Shown here one piece after another: positions 46,781-64,000 of a stretch of DNA of 64,000 bases. Each line of letters opens with the position of its first letter. Within the stretch, counting starts at the first letter, position 1. The stretch comes from the human T2T-CHM13v2.0 reference genome, Homo sapiens. Where the stretch lies: NCBI RefSeq assembly GCF_009914755.1, contig NC_060933.1; one strand, written 5' to 3'. The notes under the pieces are model-generated. The model saw only the letters and a program-made list of their open reading frames with translations, did no database searches and had not been told where the DNA came from. A program made the position numbers and the translations under genes.

Positions 46781-47749
46781 AGGGGGGCGACAGACTGGAG
46801 AAATGTTTAGGACAGAGCAGCTGGACTTGGTGAGATATTGGGGCAAAAAGGATGGTAGCGTCAACCTGAGAGGGGGCACAGGAGCAGGGAGGGACTAGGG
46901 TAGGGGTGGCCATTCAGGCCCCTGCTGGGTCATGTGAAAGTGACCAGTTTTCCTCATACAGATGCTGGGGCTGACCTCCCTGGAGTGTGATATCCAGGAC
47001 CTTTTCTCTCCAGGTCAATAGAGAAAAAGAATGTTCCAGAGCCTTCTTCAGCCTGGAAGCTTCTGGCAGGTTCCAGTCACTCTGTGGGCAGTACCAGCTG
47101 CAATCTTGCCACCAGGCCCCACCCACTCTGCACTGCACCACCCCTGGCATCCCACAGCCTCTGCAGGGGGCACCCCAGGCACCTCCAGGCCACTGGCCCC
47201 TGCATCTTCCGGACCAGTAGAACCAAATTTCTGTTCCGTGTACTTCTGTTCCGTGTCCCGTTTCCTTGTTCTGGTTACATGCATGTCACAAAGTTATATC
47301 TGTGGCAGCTAGCTGTGTAGCCTGGGGCTGAATTAATAAGGAGTACATTGTAGAATCAAGTTAATGACTGCAACTCTAAGACAGGTGGCTTGGGAGTCAG
47401 ACAGAACCAAGTTCAAATCCTGACTTATTCGCTCTGTGTCTTTAGGCAGTGACTCCTCAGACCCTCCGTGCCCTCTGCTCACCCTTCCTCCTGTCTCACC
47501 CCTCTGCGGTTCACAGCCCCTCTTCCCTCAGGCCCCTCTTGTTCACACTTATCTCCTGTTCATGTGCCCCTCTCCTCCTTCGACCCCACTCCCAGGCCAC
47601 ACGCCTCTCACGCCCACACCTAGGGCAGGTTCCCCACTGTCTCCAGATTGATACTGGTCAGTTACCTCAGGGTTCTGAAGGAAGAGCGCTGAGACCCAGA
47701 GGCCACCCCATGCCCCTCCCTTTACCTCCAGCCCCCAACCTGGTCTCCA

Positions 47750-49100
47750 GGCAGGTGCCAGCCCGGGCCGGCCTCGGGGACCTGGCTGGCCTGCCTGGCT
47801 CGACTGGAGTATTCCGCCCTGACTCAGGTCTTGGGAACACCGCTCTGCCCCCAGGGGAAGTTGGGGGTGGCGGTGGCAACTGGGCTTCCAGGCTGGCCCG
47901 GATTTCTGCTCCTCTGACTCCCTCCCCCAGCAGTCCCCTCCCACCGCCCACCCCGCTGCGCTCCCCGGGAGCAGGGGAGAGGCGTGGCCCGAGACGAGGC
48001 CCAGAAAGGGGGCGGGGCCGGACGGAGACGTTCCGAGGCCAGCCCCGCCCCCTGGGCCCCGACAGCCCAGACCCCCTCCGGGAAGGCCCCGGGAACCAGA
48101 GTAGGGCACAGGCCGGGCGCCCCTCGGAGTTCGGACGCCCCGGGCCTGACCCGCACCCGGCCTGGTGGGGCCACCCCTCGGCCGGGGAGGCTCCCAGAGC
48201 CAGCACCCGCTTCCTCCCCAGGGCGGGGCCCGGCGGCCATGGGCCAAGCGCCGTAAAATTTAAAGAGGTGAGAGAGACACTTCGCAGAAACCTCAGCGGC
48301 GCGGGGAAATGAAATAAGGCCTCCCCCCGGGGCGCCCGCCCCCGCCCGCGCTGCCCAGGCCCCAGGTCACCCTGGAGGGTCCAGGTGCGGGCCCCGCGCA
48401 CAGCAGCCTCTCCCCGGGCGGGCGAGGGCTCTCTCCCTTTCCAGCGCTGCCCCAGGCACTCGGGGATCGGGACCCAGCCAACGGCCCCAGTCCCAGGCGG
48501 GGGCCGAGCTGGCCCGAGAAGCTCTCCCCCTCCAGGGCAGAGAGCGTCCCCTCCCCCACGTGGAAAAGCAAACCCAGACCCCCCTGCCCCACTAAAAACT
48601 TGTCCCTCTCCTTTCTCGGTGTCCATGGTGGGTCTGGTTCCCACCGCTCCCTCCCTCCCCGCACAGTCTGAGACCCCCTTCCCCGGGCCGCCCCGTCGAT
48701 CCCAGGTGATGGATGGAGCCTTCAGGGAGCCCGCGCGGGCGGGCTAGGCTCGGGCGGAAATGAAGAGGATAAGATCTGCGAGCAGAGCCGCCTGACACCG
48801 TGATATCCGCCTGGCTCGCTGCGCTCCGGGTGATGGATGGGGCGGAGCTCCCCACCCCCCAGCCCCGGAACCTGGCGCCCCTCCCAGAAACACCGCTCCG
48901 CTGCCACACACGCGGCCGCCGGACTCCCAGCCACCGGCGCACTCACGCGGCGCCCCCCACGCATCAGCCCGGCGCGCACGAAGGGAACCGTTCCTCTTCC
49001 CAGTCCCCTGGCGCTAGCACCAGCAGGACTGCCCTTAGCGCACACCACACCTTACCCACTTGCCCATCACACAGCCTCTTCCGCGCACGCACATACACAT
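47750..49100. promoter_or_regulatory. Orphan CpG island, promoter-like
   Basis: ~1.3 kb of high GC and CpG; several GC boxes (GGGGCGGGGC near 48009 and 48220; CGCCCCGCCC near 48338). Confidence 0.8.
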
Positions 49101-50407
49101 GCATGCAAGCTGCACGCCACCCCTCCCGCCCCCCAAACATGTGTTCTTTCCTGAGTCTTGGAGCCACTCAGGAAGAGGGTTTGACTACCGTGAAACTCAG
49201 CCCTGGGCGGGGGTCTTGGGACAGGGAACAGAACAGCAATTGCTAATTGTGCTTAGCATCTTGTTCGGCCACTGAGCAGGTCGGGCTTGGCATGGACCAC
49301 GGCAGCTGAGGCGCCAGGACTGTCCGAGCAGGCCTCACCATCAGTGTTACCATGGTTACCATCTTCCTAGCATTATCACTCAGCGACATCATCGTTACCA
49401 TGGTTACAGGCACCGCATCTCCCTCTTCCGCGTTGCTGCCATTTGATTCCCATCACCATTACCATTCATTCATTCACTCATTCGTGTATCACTCATCCCC
49501 TCTATTCATCAGCTGGGGATAGAGAGATAAGTCAGTCGGTCCCCACCTTTGAGAGCGCACAGCTGAAATAGGGGAGGCAGAGGTAAGCAGCCAAGAGCCT
49601 GGTGCATTCTGTAGAGCCCTGAGGAACAATGAGGCCTTGCCACATAGATGGCACCAGGCAGGAAGGACCACAGTAAGAAGAAAGGCATGCAGCTGTCAAC
49701 AGCATCATCGCCACCACGGGGTGCTCCATGTGCTTGGAGGAGAGTACACTCTCCGGGGCAGGCAAGCAGGGCAGTCATGGGCAGGCAGTAAGGAGAGGAA
49801 ACCGGTTTGGGCCACACCATGAAGGTTTAATGACCCAAGGTTCCTGTGGCACAGTGATTAAGAGCCAGTCTTAGGGAGTCTGAATGAAGGACCTGGACTT
49901 GAATCCTGACTTTGCCACCCCCTGGCTTAGGGACGTTGGGCCCGTCATTTCTGCAGTGTCTGGCACTTTGGAAGTGCTCTGGAAGTCATTGTTTTCATTA
50001 CTATTCTTTTTCCTAGAGGCCACGCTTTTGGCCTCTAGGAAAGCTCAGGTTCCTCTCTTCCCTAACCTACAGCTAAGCCACACCTCTGAGGAGCCAACGT
50101 AGGTGGTTAAGGCCAAGGTTATTACTGGAGGGTGAAGTCTGGGAGCGGAGCTTTCCTAGAACCAGTCCACCTGTGTGTGCCCTCTCCTTTGTTTCCGTGT
50201 GGCTGCAGGCTGGAGGACCAGGGATTGTCTGTCATAAGGAAGGAGTTCCTACCCCTGCACATGCTAGGCAGGTAAAGGCTTGTTCCCGCTTACCTGAGCC
50301 AGGGATTCAACACCATGATTGGAACCCAGGGCCTTAGGTGATTGTTCTTTATCCAGGGTTTCCATCAGAACCACTGCTGGATTTTTTTTTTTTTAAATAT
50401 GGGTGCC

Positions 50408-50632
50408 TGGCGGCCTGGAAAACATAGTGAGACATTGTCTCTACTGAAAATAAAATAAAATAAATTAGCAGGACGTGGTGGTACACACCTGTAGTCCCAG
50501 CTACTTGGAAGGCTGAGGCAGGAGGATCTCTTGAGCCATAAGGTCGAGGCTGCAGTGAGCTGTGATTGTGCCACTGCACTACAGCCTGGGTGATAGAGCA
50601 AGACCCCTTCTCAAGAAAAAAAAAAAAAGAAA
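50408..50632 (+). mobile_element. AluJ, 5'-truncated
   Basis: Partial left arm, right arm and polyA. Confidence 0.82.
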
Positions 50633-50724
50633 AAAGATTTGTGCCTTATTATATCTATCTGATTGTGCCTTCCTTGTCTCTTTTTACTACCTTCTTCACA
50701 CCTACTGACTCAGAAGTGACTACG

Positions 50725-51038
<314 letters not shown>

Positions 51039-52214
51039 AACTACTGTTTTTAGCTGGTGTTTATTCTGCCTGTTCTCATGTTTACACTTTTACTATAAAG
51101 GTACCTGTAAAAATGTAGCATTATTTTGTGTATTTACATAAGTTGTTATAAACTATCATGTACATATTTACCTGAACAGAATCATTCCCAACTTTTCACT
51201 AAACATTATTTTCTAGGATTTGTCCACATTGATATATGTAGCTTTTGTTCATTCCTTTTATCTGATGATAAGTAGCCCGTTGTACAAAACGACTGAAATT
51301 TCTTTATTTACCCCACTGTTTGTAGACATACAGATTGTTTTCTGGTTTTGTTGCAATTACAAATGATCATCCTCATGCATGTCTGTTTGTGTATTACAGC
51401 AAAATGGCTCTGGCGCATACACTAAGGAGTGGAATTGCTTGGTGCCAGGGTGTGTATATTGTCAAATTGTATTTCCAAATTGCTCTCCAAAGTTGTTGCC
51501 CTAATTTACCCTGCCACCAGCAGTGCGCAAATCTTCATTTCTCCACATCCTTACTAATACTTGCTACTGCCAGACTTTTAAATTTTTGCCCATTTGAAGG
51601 ATGTGATATGATATCTTGTTAATCTTTTAACTGTGGGGGTCTTCACCCAATTATGAATGAAGTAGTTGAGCATCTTTTCATTTGTTATGGGAAATTCCCA
51701 TTTTCTCCTTTGCGTATTTGCTGTTCGCACCCTTTGTCTATTTTTCTGCTGGTTGTTTGTCTTTACCTTATTGGACTGAAGAAGTTGTTTACATAAACTG
51801 AATATAAATCCTTTACATTTTTTATTGTGAAAATATTTTCTCCGACTTTGTGGTTTTAAAATACTTTTGAAGAGTGTTATTTCAAATTTTATTTCATTTT
51901 TAGATGATAAAAAATAGCCGTATATATTATATATTTATGGGGTACAATGTGATGTTTTGATATATGTTTAAATTGTGGAATGATCAAAGCAAGCTAATTA
52001 ACAAATCCATCACTGCACATTCTTAGTTTTTCATGGTCAAAACATATAAAATCAACTCAGTAATTTTGATAAATTTTTTTCTGTACTTCAATGGATGTAA
52101 AAACTTTTTTAAATTTAGGATGCCTTTATATATAATGGTTTTGGCACAAGGATAGGCAAATAAAACAATAGAACAGAATGAAGAGTCAGATTTATCAGTC
52201 TTCAGAGTTAGTGC

Positions 52215-52347
52215 TTTTCTTCCTCCCTCCCTCCCTCCCTCCCTCTTTCCTTCCTTTCTTCCCTTCTCTCCTTCCTTTCTCCTTTTATTCCTTCCTTCCT
52301 TCTTTCCTTCTGTCCTTTCCTCTTTCCTTCCTTCCTTCTTTCTTTCC
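52215..52347 (+). repeat. (TTCC)n/(CCCT)n polypyrimidine tract
   Basis: Nearly pure pyrimidine run. Confidence 0.9.
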
Positions 52348-52398
52348 AATACTTAAGAAATTTTTCCCTAAACAAGACCATGAGATATTCTTTAATAA

Positions 52399-52803
<405 letters not shown>

Positions 52804-53061
52804 TGATCTTCCAAATATTACATATTATTTTATATTGGCTTTCATATTGATAGCCAGTTCTTCCAGCACTATATATTACATGGCTCCCCACTTCTGCACT
52901 GATTAGTGAAGCTGTCACGGGTATATACAGAGTTTTCTCTGACATATGGAAGTCAGTTTCTGGGCTCTGTTTTTTGTTCTACTGATCTACTTGTTTATCC
53001 TTTGCCCCACCCACACAGTTTTAATGACTGTATCCGTATAAGAAATCTTGATCGTGGGCAG

Positions 53062-53811
<750 letters not shown>

Positions 53812-55254
53812 AGCATGGCTAAGTGTGTACCTACCCTCCCCCTTGTTCCTCCTCTTTAAAATTGTCTCGACTGTTCTTGGCTCTTATCCTCACAGGAATT
53901 TTAAGATCAATTGACGGACTTCCTTAAAAAAAAAAAAAAACTTGCTATGTCTTTGGTTGGAATTCCATTTAATTTCTATATTAATTTGTGGGGACTTACT
54001 ATTCTTATAATACTGAGTCTTTTCATTCATAAACACAGTTCACTTACTTAGATATTAATTATTAAATGTTATTAGATTTGGTTTGATTCAATATTATTAG
54101 ATTAATATTTATAATTTATTTTATATATAGGTCTGTGTATCTTCTATTACATTTAATTATAGTTATGTGGATTTTGTTGCCATCATAAATTAAATATTTT
54201 TCTTTTTTACATTTTATGTCTTAATTGGTTTCTGCTGTTGTATAGAAACCCAACTGATTTTTGAACATTTATCTTGTATCTAGCAACCTTGCTAAATTCT
54301 CTTCTTAATTCTAATATATTTTGTAAATTTTCAATGTAGAGAATCATATCAAAGATGCTTCCACTTGCTATTCCTTTTGCCTGGAACTCACTTATCCTAG
54401 ATATCTGTATAGTTCATTTCTTCACAACCTTCAGGTCTCTATTCAAATATCATTTAATCAGTCAGGCCTTCCGTGACCTCCTATATAAAGTAATACACAT
54501 GCATACAGTGCTCTTTATTCCATTATTCTACGTTATTTTTCTTCTTAGGACTGATATAAATTGTTCGCTTATTTTTGCTTGCTTCCTGCACTAGAATGTA
54601 ATTTAGTGCAGAAAGTTTTTCTGTTTTACTTACTTCTGTATCTCCCAGTGCTTATTTCAATAGATCATTTTTAAATGAATAATATCAAATGTATTATTTC
54701 CTTTCCTATCCCTAATCCTGATTCCTCTTCGGTACAAAATCAAAGGGGTTGCTTCTAAGATTTCACCACTTATATTCTTTGTAATAGGCTTGTGATAGGC
54801 TCACTTTATCTGGTTAAAACATTTCCTTTAATATCAGCTTTTCTATGAATATAGTTTTTCTATAAATATGTCGTTTTCTAAGAATTTAAAATATTTTATT
54901 ATCATTGCAAATGGTTTTTCTCCATCTATTGATGTTAAAAATTATTTTTATTTTCAATCTATTAATGTAGTGAATTGAACCAATAGATTTACTAGTAGTT
55001 AGCTATTCTTGTGTTCCTGGGATAAATTCAATTTCGTCTTGGTGTATTTTTAGTGTAAGATTTAAGGTTCATTTTGCCAACATTTTTAAAGGATTTTTAC
55101 ATCTATGTTCATAAGTAAGATTGGCCTGTCATTTTTATTTCTCTTACTGTTTTTTCTAAATCAGATATCGAGGTTATCTTAGCCACAGTATAGATGGAGG
55201 TAAGGGTTCATTCTCTAAGCAGTTTAAATAAGACAGGATTTACCTGTTTCTTGA

Positions 55255-55656
<402 letters not shown>

Positions 55657-55745
55657 TGATTATAGATCGACTTGAATTTTCTATTTTTTCCCAAAGCTGA
55701 TATTGATCATTTTTTAGATTTCTAAAAAAGGTTTTATTTCATACA

Positions 55746-56401
<656 letters not shown>

Positions 56402-57251
56402 TTACTAGTCTTCTCAGAGAACTAATTTTTTACTTTGGTGGTAATTTCTATTGCTTCTTTGTTTTCTAGTTCATTTCTCTGTCTTCTTGAGTTGAAAATT
56501 TGGTTCAATTGTTGTTGGTCATCTTGTTTTTTCTAATACAGGTATTTAAGGCTATAATGTTCTAAGTTCCACTTTGGCAGAAACCCACACATTTTCTTAT
56601 GTAGAGCTTTTATTGTTCTTCAGTGGTAAAGATTTGTAAATTTTTGTAAGGGATGTTACAGTTCCTTTTTTAACCCACTAACTATTTACAGATAGTCCTG
56701 CACTCTAGTTAGCCTTTTACAATTAAATGCTAATTTCATGAGGGCTGCACGATAGTGCTTCTTGGTTACTTTTGTTTCTTCGTTTATGTGTTAGAATGGG
56801 TTGATTTTTACAAACATTCCACACATTCAGGAGGAGAATGTATATGCTCCATTTGCTACATTCAGAATTCTACATGGATTCTTTACATTAGCTTAATTCT
56901 GTTATTTAGTGTTCTATATCTTCTTTATCTTTACTAGTTTTTTTTTCATATTCCCTCTGCTAAAAAGTGTTAAAATCTCCTAGTATAATTGAGGATCTGT
57001 CCATTTCTGCTTAATGCCTTTCAGGCTACAACAAGTTCAGTTTTATATGTTCCTGGGAAGTTCTTTTTATAATTAATTACCACCCACTTTTCTTAATAGT
57101 TCCCTTTTCCCTGAAGTTTGTTTACAATTAACATTGCTATACCTGCTCTCTTTTTGTTACTATCTACTTACTGTTTGTCTCTTTCCATACATTTATTACA
57201 ACCCATGTCATTCTTGTAGATGTGTCTCTTGTAAAGAGCACTTATAGCTGA

Positions 57252-57556
<305 letters not shown>

Positions 57557-57883
57557 TGAATTTTTAAACCAATCCGAAAATCTCTGTCTTTCAGTGGGTG
57601 GATTTAATTTGTTCATATTTACTGTGACATTTTATTTAGAACTATTTATAACATCTTATTTATGTCTGCATGGGTCTCTTCACTATACTTTTCTTTGTCC
57701 CTTATTTCTTTTTTTCTGTCGTCCATTGAATTAATCATTTCCCCTTTTCCCCTATTGGTTCATAAATTATATATTCTATTTATATTATTTGAATAGTTAT
57801 CCTTAAATTTTAACATAATTGATAGAACGAAGCCAAGAGATAATAATCAGTATCTCCTTAATAATATGAGAACTGATATTTAA

Positions 57884-58134
<251 letters not shown>

Positions 58135-58266
58135 TAGTTTCACCTTATTCTTTACTCTCCCATTAGTTAGTTATGTTTTAGAGCTAAGGCTTACCGTATT
58201 TTATCAAACCTGAGATTTCAGCAATTGTAAGAAACGCTATTATTTTATGGTCCCCTAAGAAAAAAA

Positions 58267-63230
<4,964 letters not shown>

Positions 63231-63779
63231 GAAAGAATGAGATTAACAAAACTCTGATGCAGTGCTTCAATTTTACACTTACTGAAAGCTTTTTAAAAAC
63301 ATCTATTAGATTTATTTTGTCATAGATGTTTATCATATATTACTCTCATGAATATATAAGAGGAAAATATAAGTGAAATCAATGAATTCCTAAAACTTTT
63401 CACATTCAGAGTACAATTCTTCTGAAGAATTGGTCAATATATATGTATATTCATATATTCATATCAAAGTATGGAAGGAGTACTAAAAAATACTGCAGTC
63501 CTTATTTCTGCAATGGGTGACATAGTTATCGTCAGTGTTTTAAATTTCCTTCTTTCAACCACCTAGTTCATAGTCCCTTTGCACTCATCAAGCACTCAAC
63601 TCGTTGTGGTTCCTTGCCTTCTGGATTGACCCTAGCTTTCATTCTGAAGGTCTGTGCCACTAGCAGCCTTGTCTCTATTGGGATGTGGTGGTTCTTCATT
63701 AACCTTTATTCCAGGACATGAGACTACTAAAAGTTACCCACAAAAGACTTCTTGTATTCCACACAAACTCCTCCCTGCC

Positions 63780-64000
63780 CTTATTATAGAAATCCAAATT
63801 CTGGACTGATTTCTGGATCAATCAACCTAAACAGTACAATAAATCCTTCATTGCCTATTAGTTCATTGGTGTGAAGAGCCCAGTGTGGCCAGCTGGCAAA
63901 CTCAGCTTCCAATTTAATGAAACCACATCTATACCCACGAATGAGAGCATTCCTCCCTTTGGAACCAACACCTCTAAACCAGCAGAGCCCCAAGTGTCAG
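63780..64000 (-). mobile_element. ERVL-family internal remnant (dUTPase-like)
   Basis: Minus frame GSAGLEVLVPKGGMLSFVGIDVVSLNWKLSLPAGHTGLFTPMN**AMK, then frameshifted GFIVLFRLIDPE; resembles HERV-L dUTPase as I recall it (SAGLEVLVP..NWKLRLPPGHFGLL..GVIDPD). Confidence 0.75.

Noticed and set aside
47449-48644. Long overlapping ORFs (287, 232 and 325 aa) on both strands
   Set aside because: Pro/Gly/Arg-rich products of stop-codon scarcity in a CpG island; no domain similarity

Overview
Human genomic DNA containing the 3' part of LMX1B (LIM-homeodomain transcription factor, nail-patella syndrome gene, 9q33.3) on the + strand. Positions 1-16262 are the distal part of intron 2. Coding exons 3-8 lie at 16263-21878 and encode the second LIM domain, the homeodomain and the Gln-rich C-terminus. 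A ~4.6 kb 3'UTR ends at an AATAAA at 26434. Intron 2 carries several homeodomain/TCF/SOX motif clusters that look like enhancers, plus a CpG island. Downstream of the gene are a divergent CTCF motif pair, a CpG-rich patch (~30.7-31.6 kb) and then mostly AT-rich, transposon-derived sequence: many Alus, old L1s, a THE1 LTR, a HERV-K(HML-2) LTR5 solo LTR, MADE1, MLT1 and an ERVL dUTPase remnant. An orphan CpG island with nearby RFX X-boxes sits at ~45-49.4 kb. I found no convincingly new protein-coding system. The best leads are an array of in-frame duplicated splice donors after exon 6, an in-frame upstream acceptor at exon 4, complementary CA/UG tracts in intron 3, the RFX-flanked orphan island, and several template-switch scars. 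Repeat subfamily calls are by eye, and repeat boundaries are approximate unless a target-site duplication (TSD) is quoted.
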